Source: Bacteroidota bacterium
GTDB lineage: Bacteria > Bacteroidota > Bacteroidia > Bacteroidales > Prolixibacteraceae
Length of the DNA stretch: 41,419 bases
Direction: 5' to 3'
Assembly: GCA_030706665.1 (NCBI GenBank)
Contig: JAUZOB010000001.1
Span: forward strand, 1 to 41,419
Below are positions 8,328-19,821 of this stretch, one piece after another; the first letter of the stretch is position 1, and every line of letters begins with the position of its first letter. The notes under the pieces are model-generated. The model saw only the letters and a program-made list of their open reading frames with translations, had not been told where the DNA came from and searched no databases. A program made the translations under genes and the position numbers.

Positions 8328-11300
8328 ATGCGTATAATAAAAAATATTTTTGCATTTCTGATATTCTGTTTGCTATCTGTCATTATTCTGACAGGAGGTG
8401 CATCTGTTAATCATGGAGATATTGGGTGTGTGCTGCATCCTGATCTTCTGAAAGGTAGCGATACCCTGATAACCAATACCGCAAAGTCCGATACGCTCGG
8501 AAATTTAAAGTTCCCATTTAAAGATATTGACAATGTTACTTATCCTGGACTGCAGGATAGTGCCCCGCTGTATCTAAAAGCCCCCTCAAATCAGCAGATT
8601 GAGGTAGAGTATGATGCTGCTACCGGCGATTATATATTCTATGAACGAATTGGAAATATTCCGGTCCGATTACCCAAGTCGCTAACGATGAGTGATTTTT
8701 TACGTTATGATCTGAATCAGGCCGTAAAAAATTATTGGAAGCAACGTATGAATGCCGAAGGCATTGAGAGTCAATCGGCCGGTTTCATCCCGAAACTAAA
8801 TTTCGGAGGAGAAACATTCAGTAAGATTTTCGGAAGTAATATTATTGATATCCGTCCTCAGGGGAATGTGGAGGTAAAGTTCGGGTATCAATCGAATTTC
8901 ATTAATAATCCAACGATTCCGGAACGATTGAGAAGTACTCCTACATTTAATTTCGATCAAAAGATTCAGATGAATGTTACGGGGAAGATCGGAGATAAGC
9001 TTCAAATGCGTGTTAATTATAATACCGAAGCGACATTTGATTTTGAAAACCGGATGAATCTAAACTACTCCGGGAAGGATGATGAAATAATTCGGAAAAT
9101 AGATGCCGGGAATGTTTCGTTACCACTAAATGGTTCACTCATTCAGGGAGGAACCAATCTGTTTGGAGTAAAAACCGAGATGCAGTTCGGAAAGTTGACT
9201 TTAACAACACTTTTTTCTCAAAACAAAGGAGAGACCAAAGTAATCCAGACAGAGGGAGGGGCTCAGAAAACTAATTTTGACATAAAAGCTACAGATTATG
9301 ATGCGAATCGACATTTTTTCCTCTCTCAATATTTCAGAGATCATTATGATGAAGCATTAAAGGATCAGCCGATTATAAATTCACGGGTCACGATTAATAA
9401 AATTGAGGTATGGGTGACCAATAAGATCGGGAACTATCGTGAAGCAAGAAATATTCTTGCTTTTATGGATCTTGGCGAACAGGGGGCTTATATTTATAAT
9501 AAGATACCGGAATTTTCTCAAACTCCCGGGCAAACACCTATTGACAGTCAATATCCTTACAATAATGCCAATGGACTATATTCGGAAATCAACAATCACT
9601 ATGCATCCGTAAGGGATGCCTCACAGATAACAACAGTTCTTGCACCCTTAAATGGACGGGATTTTGTCGGTGGGCGTGATTTCGAGAAGGTAGAACAGGC
9701 TCGCCGTCTGGATCCTTCTGAATATACCCTGAATGAGAAACTTGGGTACATCTCTCTGAATGGAGCTTTAAATTCGGATGAAGTGTTGGCTGTTGCATTT
9801 CAATATACTGTTAACGGGAAAATTTATCAGGTCGGAGAGTTCTCCTCCGATGGGGTTAATGCTCCGAAGACACTTTTGCTTAAGATGATCAAAGGTACGA
9901 ATCAGTCTCCCAAACTTCCAACCTGGAAACTGATGATGAAAAATATCTACGACCTGAATACTTATCAGCTTGAGAAACAGGATTTCCGTTTAAATGTCAT
10001 GTATCATGATGATAACAAAGGGACTTATGTCAATTATATTCCTGAAGAACAGCTAAAAGGTGTGACTCTTCTGCGAATGATGAATCTTGATAATATTAAT
10101 TCGCAGAACCAACAAACTGCTGACGGGGTATTCGATTTTAAAGACATGGTTACTGTAATCGCCAAAAAGGGCAAGATTATTTTCCCGGTATTGGAACCCT
10201 TTGGCAGTAATCTTACAAAGGTGTTGAAGGATCCGGCTCTTGCAAATAAATATGCATATACCTCTCTTTATGATTCAACCCTTACGGTTGCTTTGCAGGA
10301 TGCGGAACACAATAAATTCAAATTGAACGGAAGTTATAAAGGAACAAGCAGCTCTGATATCCCATTGAATGCGTTCAATCTTACGCCGGGATCTGTAAAG
10401 GTTACGGCAGGAGGGAAGCAATTGACAGAGAATATAGATTATACGGTCGATTATACTGCCGGGATGGTTCGTATTATCAATTCCGGTTTGTTACAGTCAG
10501 GAACTCCGATCCAGATTTCCACAGAAAGTCAGGAGCTCTTCTCGATGCAACGGAAAACATTAATCGGTGCACATGCTAATTATTCCTTTTCTGAAAATCT
10601 CAACTTAGGCGCAACGGCGATGTGGATGAACGAAAGTCCCTTAACGCAAAAGGTTAATGTTGGAGAAGAACCGATCTCAAATCTGATATTCGGGTTTGAC
10701 GGAGCATACCATGGACAATCAAAATATCTGACCAGTCTTCTCGACAAATTGCCCTTTTTTCATTCCAAAGAACCTTCTGCTATAAATTTTGAATTTGAAA
10801 TGGCCCGGTTGGTACCCGGTCATTCCGGAACGATTAAAGATGCATCTTACATCGATGATTTTGAAGCTACCAAAACCTCAATTGACTTAAAGAACAGATA
10901 TGCATGGTTCCTGGCAAGTACTCCACAGTTTCAGCAAGATCTCTTTCCGGAAGGAGGACTGAATAATAATCTGCTTTTTGGAGCTAATCGGGCAAAATTG
11001 GCATGGTATACCATTGATCCTTTGTTTACCCGAAATACTTCGCTTACACCCAGCCACATCAGGGGAGACAAAACACAGCAGTCTAATCATTATGTGCGTG
11101 AAGTTTTTGAAAATGAGATCTTCCCATATAAGCAGACCACAGTCGGATTGCCGACAAATATTCCCACACTTGACCTTGCGTTTTATCCCAAAGAAAGAGG
11201 ACCTTATAACTTTGATGCACTTGGAAGTGTATATACAGCAGGGCTAAATTCTGACGGGAGCCTTAAATCTCCAGAAACTCGTTGGGGAGGGATTATGCGG

Positions 11301-14300
11301 AAGATGGAGACCAGTGATTTCGAATCTGCAAATATTGAATTCGTAGAGTTCTGGATGCTGGATCCTTTTATTTACAATACCGATAACACCCAAAAGGGAG
11401 GGGATTTGTATCTAAACCTGGGAAATGTGTCAGAGGATCTTCTACGCGACTCTCGAAAATCATTTGAACAAGGTCTTCCGACCCCACAGCAACAATCGGA
11501 AACCGATAATACTACCTGGGGGCGTGTGTCCAGACAACAAGCGTTAGTAAATGCATTTGACAACAATTCTCAGTCCAGAAAACTTCAGGATGTCGGTCTT
11601 GATGGGTTGGGTGATAGCGATGAGAAGAGTTTTTATAGCGAATATCTGAAAGAGCTGAAACAGATTCTAAATCCGAAAGTTTACCAAAAATTTGAAGATG
11701 ACCCCTCGAATGATGACTACCACTATTTCAGAGGACAGGATATGGATGAGGAGCAAGCTCCTATATTGCTTCGATATAAAAAAATCAATAATACGGAAGG
11801 GAATTCTCCGACTCAGGAACAATCGCCTGAATCTTATCCGACAGCTGCGACGAACACTCCCGATACAGAAGATATTAATGATGATAATACCTTGAACGAG
11901 AATGAAAGCTATTATCAGTACAAGGTTAGTATTCGTCCGGAAGATATGGTGTTGGGTAAAAATTTTATAACAGATATTAAAGAAGCAACAGTCACGTTAA
12001 AAAATGGAATAAAATCTACCATCAAATGGTATCAATTTAAGGTCCCTGTCAAGTCACCCCAACGTGTCGTAGGCTCTATCAGCGATTTTAAATCCATCCG
12101 TTTTATGCGTATGTTCCTTAAAGGCTTTCAGGATAGTGTCATTATGCGCTTTGCAACACTTGACCTGGTAAGGGCTGACTGGCGAAATTATTCCCGTGAA
12201 TTGACAGAAACGGAAACGATTTCTAATCCCGATACGCAATTTGATATCTCTGCAGTTAACATCGAAGAAAATGGAAACCGTAAACCGGTTAATTATATTC
12301 TTCCTCCCGGCATTGATCGTGTGATTGATCCTCAAAACCCCCAGCTTCGCCAACTGAATGAGCAGTCGATGGTTTTTAGAACTAAAAATTTAAGTGCAGG
12401 GGATGCTCGTGCAGCATATAAAACCTTAAATCTTGATGTCAGAAGGTATAAGAAATTACAGATGGATGTACATGCCGAAGCGATTGACGGATATTCCCTG
12501 TATGACGATGATCTCTCACTCTTTATCCGGATGGGGTCTGACTTTACCAACAACTATTATGAATATGAAATTCCATTAAAGCTTACTAAGCCGGGATTCT
12601 ATAACGGGAGCAACTTGAGCGACCGGTTAATTGTCTGGCCCGAAGATAACCATATTGCAATTTCTTTGGAGCAGTTGCCCGAGATAAAGCAAAAAAGGAA
12701 TGATGAAATGCATCGGGCCGGATCGTCGGTTCATTTGACTGACCGGTATTCCTATTCTGTTGACAACTCCAAAACAATCTATGTAAAAGGAAACCCGAAT
12801 ACGGCACAATTGAGCATTGTCATGATCGGGGTACGCAATAAGAAGAATTCGACATCATCAAACGGACCCAAATCAGGAGAGATCTGGGTTAATGAGTTGC
12901 GCCTGACCGATTTCGACGAGAAAGGAGGATGGGCAGCACAAGGACGTCTTTCTCTTCGTCTTGCTGATCTGGGGAATGTGTCAATTTCTGCACGGACGCA
13001 ACAGGCAGGATTCGGCGGAATAGAACAAAAAGTGAACGAGAGAGCTAAAGATAATCTTTATGAATATGACATCGCTTCGAATGTAGAACTGGGGAAATTA
13101 TTCCCTAAAAAATCCGGAGTGCAGATACCTCTTTACGTTGCTTATTCCAAGACAGTGATAAATCCTGAATATAATCCGCTTGATCCTGATGTAAAGTTAA
13201 AGGATGCATTAAGTGCAGCAGAATCTGCCCAACAAAGAGATTCTATCCGGAATATATCACAAGATTATACAACCCGGAAAAGCATTAATCTAACCAACCT
13301 CAGGATTGATAAAACCAATCAAAACAAGGCTCCCCGTTTTTATGATATTTCAAATTTCTCTGCGACCTATTCATTTAGCGAAGTTTATAAACGGAATGTC
13401 AATACGGCCTATAATGTCGATAGAAGTCAGAGAGGATTATTGTCCTATAATTTCACGGCAAATCCTGAACCTCTTGAGCCGTTTAAGAATATTAAATTGT
13501 TTAATAATAAGTTGCTTCAAATAATCCGGGATTTTAATTTTTATCTGGCTCCGATTCAGATCTCTTACCGAAATGATATGTACCGGCATTATAATGAAGT
13601 CCAGGAACGGAATATTTCGAATCCGGACATGATTATCCCTACAACCTTTGATAAAGAATTTATCTGGAACCGGTTCTTTGATTTACGTCATAATGTGACA
13701 AAATCGCTTCGGATTGATATTTCAACGCAGGGAACAGCACAGATTGACGAGCCATTAGGACGTATTAGCAGAGAAACGGATGATTATAAAGCGAAGCGGG
13801 ATACGATCCTGAGAAATCTGTTTCGGGGAGGGCGCCCAATTCAGTATCATCATACCATTAATGCCAGTTATATGCTTCCGATTAATAAATTGCCGTTTAT
13901 GGACTGGGTATCGGCAAATATGACTTATCAGGGAATTTATGATTGGTCGGCAACTCAGGTTCGCAATACGAAGGTTGATTATGGGAATACAATTTCGAAT
14001 TCGGGAGCGACTCAGATAGCTGGCCAGTTCAATATTATGTCTTTGTATAATAAAGTACCGTTCCTAAGCAGGATTAATCAGAAAACAGAGAGCCGTTCTT
14101 CCCGATATGATACCGGAAGAGGGAATAGAGGCCGATCTGTTCAGGGGTACAATCCGGAAGGTTCTTTCAGGTATAAGTCAGTTGAATATAAGGCTCAAAA
14201 AATAAGGTTGAAAGCAAACAGTACAAAAATATTCAGCCACCGCTTGGATGTCGATTCAGTCGAAGTAATTGCAAAAGACAGCAAGGGCAACAAAATTTCC

Positions 14301-15872
14301 GGAGAGGTAAGGCCTATGGGAAGAGACCGGGTTGCTTTTACCCCTTCTGCTTCTGCCGATAATGTGACAATCCTTTTCAAAGGGAAAAAGGAAGTGGAAA
14401 CATTCACCTTTGACGACATTGCAGAGAAAACGATTCGGGCCTTAATGGGCATCCGCAATATATCCTTTAGTTATACAGATGCAAACGGAACAGTTGTTCC
14501 CGGGTTCTTACCCAAGCCCAGATTTTTTGGAAATTCAACTTATACGCCAGATCAAAGCATCTTTAGCAATATAAGCGGGAGTAGTTATGCTCCCGGGCTC
14601 CCTTTTGTGCTGGGATGGCAGGATAACAATTTTGCCGGTAAAGCTGCGAAGAGAGGATGGCTTACAACTGATATTACAAGGAATGACCCGGTGATATATA
14701 CTCATACCGAAACTTTTAACATGCGTGTTACGATCGAACCTGTCACTGATCTGAAAATCGAATTGAATGCTGACCGAACGTATTCACAGAACATATCTGA
14801 AATCTATCAGTATGATAGTAACAAGCAGTCTTTTAATGTTTTGAATCATAATCTTTCCGGAAGTTTTACCATGTCGATTAATACCTTGGGAACTTCTTTC
14901 AGCAGTATAGGAAGTAAAGGAGTTGACCGATCGAAAGCATATAATAAATTTTTAGAGAACAGGCTGATTATTTCACAGAGGCTTGCAGGACGCCGTGTCA
15001 ACAATCCGTTGGAGAATTACAATACTTCAAATATCGATCTAAATACCAATTTCCCTGACGGTTATGGCCCAACCTCGACAGAAGTACTTATCCCTGCATT
15101 TTTAGCTGCTTATACAGATAAGAGTCCGGAGAAAATATCTCTGTCTCCATTCCCTTCTATTCGAAATATTATGCCCAATTGGCGAATTACTTATGAAGGC
15201 AATGTATCTCAGGTTTCCTGGTTGAAGGATTATCTGACAAGCCTGAGCTTTACGCATCAGTACAGAGCGACTTATGATGTGGGTAGCTTCTTGTCGAATG
15301 CTGCATATGATGATGCTCAATATGGAGACGGATTCAGCTACATTCGCGATAAATCAAATAATTTTATTCCTCAAAATGATATAGCGGCAATTAGCATCAA
15401 CGAGCAGTTCAGCCCGCTCATTGACGTCGAGGCTAATTGGGTGAACAAACTCACTTCGCACGTCGGTCTTAAACGGATGCGAAACCTAAATCTGAGTTTC
15501 GCAAATAATCAGTTGACGGAGATTAATTCAAATGAGGTGGAAGTCGGGTTAGGATACAGGTTTGAGAAACTCGATCTAATACTGAAAACGAAGAATAAAC
15601 AAAAAGCACTGTCAAATGATTTGAATGTCCGCATGGATCTGAATTTCCAGAAGAATAAGACTTCGTTGAGGAAAATCGTTGAACAAGACGATCAGGTTAC
15701 TGCAGGAAATAATATTATAACCGTGAAAACATATGCCGATTATATGCTTAGTGATCGGTTTCAGTTAAGAGTATTCTATGATAAGCAAATTACCAAACCT
15801 TACACATCCTTGTCTTATGAAACATCGACTACGAATTTCGGGATGAGTTTCAGGTTTACCTTAACCCAATAA
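8328..15872 (+). CDS. sprA: Type IX secretion system outer-membrane translocon SprA (Sov)
   Basis: 2514-aa single ORF with an N-terminal signal-like segment, and length and composition typical of the giant SprA beta-barrel. It starts 36 nt downstream of ruvA, a linkage I recall as common in Bacteroidota. The call comes from size plus recognisable N-terminal and C-terminal SprA-like sequence, not from a search. Confidence 0.9.
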   Translation: MRIIKNIFAFLIFCLLSVIILTGGASVNHGDIGCVLHPDLLKGSDTLITNTAKSDTLGNLKFPFKDIDNVTYPGLQDSAPLYLKAPSNQQIEVEYDAATGDYIFYERIGNIPVRLPKSLTMSDFLRYDLNQAVKNYWKQRMNAEGIESQSAGFIPKLNFGGETFSKIFGSNIIDIRPQGNVEVKFGYQSNFINNPTIPERLRSTPTFNFDQKIQMNVTGKIGDKLQMRVNYNTEATFDFENRMNLNYSGKDDEIIRKIDAGNVSLPLNGSLIQGGTNLFGVKTEMQFGKLTLTTLFSQNKGETKVIQTEGGAQKTNFDIKATDYDANRHFFLSQYFRDHYDEALKDQPIINSRVTINKIEVWVTNKIGNYREARNILAFMDLGEQGAYIYNKIPEFSQTPGQTPIDSQYPYNNANGLYSEINNHYASVRDASQITTVLAPLNGRDFVGGRDFEKVEQARRLDPSEYTLNEKLGYISLNGALNSDEVLAVAFQYTVNGKIYQVGEFSSDGVNAPKTLLLKMIKGTNQSPKLPTWKLMMKNIYDLNTYQLEKQDFRLNVMYHDDNKGTYVNYIPEEQLKGVTLLRMMNLDNINSQNQQTADGVFDFKDMVTVIAKKGKIIFPVLEPFGSNLTKVLKDPALANKYAYTSLYDSTLTVALQDAEHNKFKLNGSYKGTSSSDIPLNAFNLTPGSVKVTAGGKQLTENIDYTVDYTAGMVRIINSGLLQSGTPIQISTESQELFSMQRKTLIGAHANYSFSENLNLGATAMWMNESPLTQKVNVGEEPISNLIFGFDGAYHGQSKYLTSLLDKLPFFHSKEPSAINFEFEMARLVPGHSGTIKDASYIDDFEATKTSIDLKNRYAWFLASTPQFQQDLFPEGGLNNNLLFGANRAKLAWYTIDPLFTRNTSLTPSHIRGDKTQQSNHYVREVFENEIFPYKQTTVGLPTNIPTLDLAFYPKERGPYNFDALGSVYTAGLNSDGSLKSPETRWGGIMRKMETSDFESANIEFVEFWMLDPFIYNTDNTQKGGDLYLNLGNVSEDLLRDSRKSFEQGLPTPQQQSETDNTTWGRVSRQQALVNAFDNNSQSRKLQDVGLDGLGDSDEKSFYSEYLKELKQILNPKVYQKFEDDPSNDDYHYFRGQDMDEEQAPILLRYKKINNTEGNSPTQEQSPESYPTAATNTPDTEDINDDNTLNENESYYQYKVSIRPEDMVLGKNFITDIKEATVTLKNGIKSTIKWYQFKVPVKSPQRVVGSISDFKSIRFMRMFLKGFQDSVIMRFATLDLVRADWRNYSRELTETETISNPDTQFDISAVNIEENGNRKPVNYILPPGIDRVIDPQNPQLRQLNEQSMVFRTKNLSAGDARAAYKTLNLDVRRYKKLQMDVHAEAIDGYSLYDDDLSLFIRMGSDFTNNYYEYEIPLKLTKPGFYNGSNLSDRLIVWPEDNHIAISLEQLPEIKQKRNDEMHRAGSSVHLTDRYSYSVDNSKTIYVKGNPNTAQLSIVMIGVRNKKNSTSSNGPKSGEIWVNELRLTDFDEKGGWAAQGRLSLRLADLGNVSISARTQQAGFGGIEQKVNERAKDNLYEYDIASNVELGKLFPKKSGVQIPLYVAYSKTVINPEYNPLDPDVKLKDALSAAESAQQRDSIRNISQDYTTRKSINLTNLRIDKTNQNKAPRFYDISNFSATYSFSEVYKRNVNTAYNVDRSQRGLLSYNFTANPEPLEPFKNIKLFNNKLLQIIRDFNFYLAPIQISYRNDMYRHYNEVQERNISNPDMIIPTTFDKEFIWNRFFDLRHNVTKSLRIDISTQGTAQIDEPLGRISRETDDYKAKRDTILRNLFRGGRPIQYHHTINASYMLPINKLPFMDWVSANMTYQGIYDWSATQVRNTKVDYGNTISNSGATQIAGQFNIMSLYNKVPFLSRINQKTESRSSRYDTGRGNRGRSVQGYNPEGSFRYKSVEYKAQKIRLKANSTKIFSHRLDVDSVEVIAKDSKGNKISGEVRPMGRDRVAFTPSASADNVTILFKGKKEVETFTFDDIAEKTIRALMGIRNISFSYTDANGTVVPGFLPKPRFFGNSTYTPDQSIFSNISGSSYAPGLPFVLGWQDNNFAGKAAKRGWLTTDITRNDPVIYTHTETFNMRVTIEPVTDLKIELNADRTYSQNISEIYQYDSNKQSFNVLNHNLSGSFTMSINTLGTSFSSIGSKGVDRSKAYNKFLENRLIISQRLAGRRVNNPLENYNTSNIDLNTNFPDGYGPTSTEVLIPAFLAAYTDKSPEKISLSPFPSIRNIMPNWRITYEGNVSQVSWLKDYLTSLSFTHQYRATYDVGSFLSNAAYDDAQYGDGFSYIRDKSNNFIPQNDIAAISINEQFSPLIDVEANWVNKLTSHVGLKRMRNLNLSFANNQLTEINSNEVEVGLGYRFEKLDLILKTKNKQKALSNDLNVRMDLNFQKNKTSLRKIVEQDDQVTAGNNIITVKTYADYMLSDRFQLRVFYDKQITKPYTSLSYETSTTNFGMSFRFTLTQ

Positions 15873-16396
15873 TGCGCGCACTTTAGATATTGTGCTTTAC
15901 GAATCATGAAACCCTTAGATCGGTAGATTAAGTTACTAAAAGAGGCTATTGTATGTCAATTCCAGTGAGGCATCACAAATGGGTATGCTAATTTTAGTAA
16001 AGTTTATTACACACAAACTATATTTTCAAGTAAACAACACCTTATTTCGTTCGTCCTTTAGACGTGGTTCAGATATGGTTCCTATATCGAAATGATATTT
16101 GAACCCTGTCTGAATCCTGAAGAAAAGATGAATTAAATAGGGAGTTGGTATAGTGATGGTATCTTGTTGATGTAAGCGGATGCTACATTTGGAGTGAATG
16201 ATGATTTCCGTTAGATATATGAATGAGTTCATTCATCTTGATTGTCATATTTCAAATGTACGCATAATTTACAGTAATCACGAATTCCTTTTTTCAGAAG
16301 ATAAATGAGCTTTTGATTAAATAATGTATTCTTAGTTTATTAAAATAACTAAGTTGATTGTTTTTCTTCCTATTTTTAAAGGAAACAAAACCGGTC

Positions 16397-18409
16397 ATGA
16401 AAACATTTCAGCTGATAGAGAACGATCCCTGGCTAAAACCTCATGAGGGGATTATTGCTTCCTGGCATAAACTTGCCAAAGCAAAAGAAAAAGAACTGAC
16501 CGGCAATCAGGATTTGCCTTCATTTGCGTTAGGACATCTTTATTACGGAGTACATCCGACAGAAAAAGGATGGGTTTTACGTGAGTGGGCTCCGAATGCG
16601 ACGGTAATCTATTTAATCGGAGATTTCAATCAGTGGCAGGACTCAGACTCATTCCGGTTCCAAAATATCGGGAATGGGGTATGGGAACTGGAATTAGATA
16701 AAGATATCCTGAAGCATAAAGATTTGTATGCTTTATCGGTTCATTGGGACGGAGGTTCCGGTAAAAGGATTCCGGCGTGGGTGCACCGCGTTGTTCAGGA
16801 TCCTGAAACTCTTATTTTTAATGCGCAATTCTGGAATCCTGAGGAATCTTTTACCTGGGAAAATTCTTCTCCTGCAAAAAAGGGTGAACCTTTATTTATC
16901 TATGAAGCACATATCGGAATGGCAGGAGAGGATGAGAAAGTTAGCTCCTTTGATGAATTCCGCAGAAATGTCCTTCCACGGGTAGTAAAAGGAGGGTACA
17001 ATACAATTCAGTTGATGGCTATTCCTGAACATCCCTATTATGGAAGTTTTGGATATCATGTTTCCAGTTTTTTTGCTGCATCTTCCCGATTCGGAACCCC
17101 TGAGGAGCTTAAACAGCTGATTGATGAAGCACATGGGTATGGGTTGAGAATCATTATTGATTTGGTTCATTCGCATGCCGTAAGGAATGAAATTGAAGGA
17201 CTTGGTTGTTTTGACGGTACCCGTTGGCAATTCTTCCATGACGGTCCCAAAGGAGAGCATCCGGCCTGGGATTCCTATTGTTTCAATTATGGAAAAAACG
17301 AAGTGCTGCATTTTCTGCTTTCTAATATCCGATACTGGCTTGATGAGTTCCGATTTGACGGTTTCCGATTTGACGGTGTAACCAGTATGCTCTATTTAGA
17401 TCATGGACTGGGGAAATGCTTTAGTTGTTATGCTGATTATTTTTCGCCCAATACGGATCCGGAAGCAGTGATTTATTTCATATTGGCCAATAAATTAATT
17501 CATGCTGTAAATCCCAATGCTGTTAGCATTGCGGAAGATATGAGCGGGATGCCCGGGCTGGCCGCATCAATCTCTTCGGGTGGATTTGGCTTCGATTTCA
17601 GGATGTCGATGGGGGTTCCGGATTACTGGATAAAGGTTATCAAAGAATTACCGGATGAGGCATGGAATGTTGGACAAATTTTCCATGAAATAACATCGCA
17701 CCGGAGTGATGAGAAAGTTGTCAGCTATTCTGAATCCCATGACCAGGCATTAGTTGGGGATAAGACCATTATCTTCAGGTTGATCGATAAGGAAATGTAT
17801 TTCAGTATGCGGAAAGATCAGCCCAGTTTGATTGTCGATCGGGGAATCGCTTTGCATAAAATGATCCGTTTGGCTACTTTGGCCGGAGCGGGCGGTGCAT
17901 ATCTGAATTTTATGGGGAATGAATTCGGACATCCGGAATGGATTGATTTTCCGAGACCCGGGAATAACTGGTCCTATAAACATGCCAGAAGAATCTGGAG
18001 CATCGAGGCTGATAAGGAGTTGAGATTTCATCAGCTGGGAGATTTTGATGAAGCGATGATCAAATTATTCCGTGATAACAATATATTGAAAACTACCGAA
18101 ATAATCCACCGTTTCGATAATCAGCAGGATCAGGTATTGGCCTTTAGTCGTGGAGACTATTTATTTGTCTTCAACTTCAATCCGGTAACATCTTTTACAG
18201 GTTATGGAATCCCGATGGAGGCTTCAAAATATAAGATCGTATTGACAACTGATGATCCGCAGTTCGGAGGATTTGACCGAATTGATACGAGTTCTGCTTA
18301 TTATGCCCTTCCTCAGTTTCATCATGCTGATACTTATTTCCTTAATTTGTATCTGCCCGCAAGAACCGCGATGGTATTGGAGAAAATGAGCATTAAACGG
18401 ATACGATAA
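16397..18409 (+). CDS. glgB: 1,4-alpha-glucan branching enzyme, GH13 (eukaryote-like subfamily-8 type)
   Basis: Has the GH13 conserved regions DLVHSH, GFRFDGVTSM, IAEDMSGMP and YSESHDQALVGDKT. The overall ~670-aa architecture and the FRFDGFRFDGVTSMLY block resemble GBE1-type enzymes. I prefer the ATG at 16397 (MKTFQLIENDPWL) over the track's 16358. Confidence 0.9.
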   Translation: MKTFQLIENDPWLKPHEGIIASWHKLAKAKEKELTGNQDLPSFALGHLYYGVHPTEKGWVLREWAPNATVIYLIGDFNQWQDSDSFRFQNIGNGVWELELDKDILKHKDLYALSVHWDGGSGKRIPAWVHRVVQDPETLIFNAQFWNPEESFTWENSSPAKKGEPLFIYEAHIGMAGEDEKVSSFDEFRRNVLPRVVKGGYNTIQLMAIPEHPYYGSFGYHVSSFFAASSRFGTPEELKQLIDEAHGYGLRIIIDLVHSHAVRNEIEGLGCFDGTRWQFFHDGPKGEHPAWDSYCFNYGKNEVLHFLLSNIRYWLDEFRFDGFRFDGVTSMLYLDHGLGKCFSCYADYFSPNTDPEAVIYFILANKLIHAVNPNAVSIAEDMSGMPGLAASISSGGFGFDFRMSMGVPDYWIKVIKELPDEAWNVGQIFHEITSHRSDEKVVSYSESHDQALVGDKTIIFRLIDKEMYFSMRKDQPSLIVDRGIALHKMIRLATLAGAGGAYLNFMGNEFGHPEWIDFPRPGNNWSYKHARRIWSIEADKELRFHQLGDFDEAMIKLFRDNNILKTTEIIHRFDNQQDQVLAFSRGDYLFVFNFNPVTSFTGYGIPMEASKYKIVLTTDDPQFGGFDRIDTSSAYYALPQFHHADTYFLNLYLPARTAMVLEKMSIKRIR

Positions 18410-18516
18410 ACAGATACAGTTTGTGATTTCTCTAAATCAACTGACATTGCAGAGAGTAGTTTGCTTTTCTTTGGAACATCATTAACGAACAGAAGGAATC
18501 GAGGAAAGAATAAAAA

Positions 18517-19524
18517 ATGGGTGCAATACATCAATTCAGAACAGAAGTTCAAATTCCGGAGTATTCCTGGAGATTGGATCATTCTCATCAAATCATGATG
18601 ATCGGATCTTGTTTCTCTGAAAATATCGGACAGATTCTTATTCAAAATAAATTTCCGGTAGATCTGAATCCTTTCGGAATACTTTTTAATCCGACATCTA
18701 TTGCCCAGAGCCTGGAGCTATTGATTGAAAAGAAAGTGTTTACGGAAGAAGATCTTTTTTATCATGCAGGCATTTGGAACAGTTTTGCGCATCATAGTCG
18801 TTTCTCATCTGTTGACAAGGACATTGCACTGGATACGATTAACCGACAAGTTCAGACATCATCAGAAAACCTTAGAAATGCAAGCTCTTTGATAATTACC
18901 TTTGGGACGGCATGGGTTTATGAATATCAGAAAACCGGACAGATTGTATCAAATTGCCATAAGCTGCCGGCAAATGAATTTAAACGATATCGATTGTCGA
19001 TCCCTGAAATAATGGATCAATGGATTAATGTACTTCATCGTTTATGGGAAATAAATCCCGAGCTAAGGATACTTTTTACGGTTAGTCCTATTCGTCACTG
19101 GAAAGACGGACCTAATGAAAATCAGCTTAGCAAGTCAACACTTTTGCTAGCTGTCGATCATTTGGTGAAAGAATTCGGGCCTGAAAAAGCAGCATATTTC
19201 CCTTCCTATGAAATTATGATGGATGACTTAAGGGATTATCGTTTTTATGCCGATGACATGCTTCATCCTTCATCTCTGGCGATCTCTTACATATGGGATA
19301 AGTTTTGCATGGGCTTTGTTGCTGAGAATACTATGCAGTTAATGAAGAAGATAAATAAGATCGTGTCGGGATGTAACCATCGCCCGATGAATCCGGGATC
19401 TTCTGAACATCTGGGACATGTTCGCAAACTTTATAATGAAATCGCCCTTCTGGAAAAAGATTATCCGGCTCTCAATTTTGAAATTGAGAAGAAGAAGCTA
19501 GAGACAGATAATTCAGATTTCTGA
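18517..19524 (+). CDS. GSCFA-domain protein (unknown function, SGNH-hydrolase-like)
   Basis: 335 aa. MMIGSCFSENIG matches the eponymous GSCFA motif, and the length is typical of the family. Confidence 0.8.
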   Translation: MGAIHQFRTEVQIPEYSWRLDHSHQIMMIGSCFSENIGQILIQNKFPVDLNPFGILFNPTSIAQSLELLIEKKVFTEEDLFYHAGIWNSFAHHSRFSSVDKDIALDTINRQVQTSSENLRNASSLIITFGTAWVYEYQKTGQIVSNCHKLPANEFKRYRLSIPEIMDQWINVLHRLWEINPELRILFTVSPIRHWKDGPNENQLSKSTLLLAVDHLVKEFGPEKAAYFPSYEIMMDDLRDYRFYADDMLHPSSLAISYIWDKFCMGFVAENTMQLMKKINKIVSGCNHRPMNPGSSEHLGHVRKLYNEIALLEKDYPALNFEIEKKKLETDNSDF

Positions 19525-19821
19525 ATGAGGCTTGTCGATTTGAGAATCTTTATCGGCTGATAACCTGTTATAATCCAGAGCCTCTCAACTCTTATTCAGA
19601 AACCGATTGTTCAAATTCCTCAATTTAATCAGATTTAGGTGCAATCTTTCTGCCATTCTCCTTCCTGACACCGCGAAGTCGTTCGTTAATACATATTTAC
19701 TTTCTGATTAAAAAAATATTCACTTTTTATTCTTCTTACGTATAATAGAAAACTATTTCCATGATAGAGAAATCATTTTGGATTAGAGGCAAGCATTGAA
19801 TAATAATTAAAAGGATATGAT

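Noticed and set aside
16358-16396. N-terminal extensions proposed by the track (also 4494, 5066, 20847, 24138 and 33648)
   Set aside because: The extensions start at TTG or upstream ATG codons and add hydrophobic or unconserved residues ahead of a Met where the recognisable family N-terminus begins. At 4494 the codon lies inside a promoter -7 box. The start choices remain uncertain by a few codons.
17348-17377. Perfect 15-nt tandem duplication TTCCGATTTGACGGT x2 inside the branching-enzyme gene
   Set aside because: It encodes FRFDGFRFDG, which is the conserved GH13 region II context (FDGFRFDGVTS) of GBE-type enzymes. It is in-frame coding sequence, not a repeat element or slippage scar.
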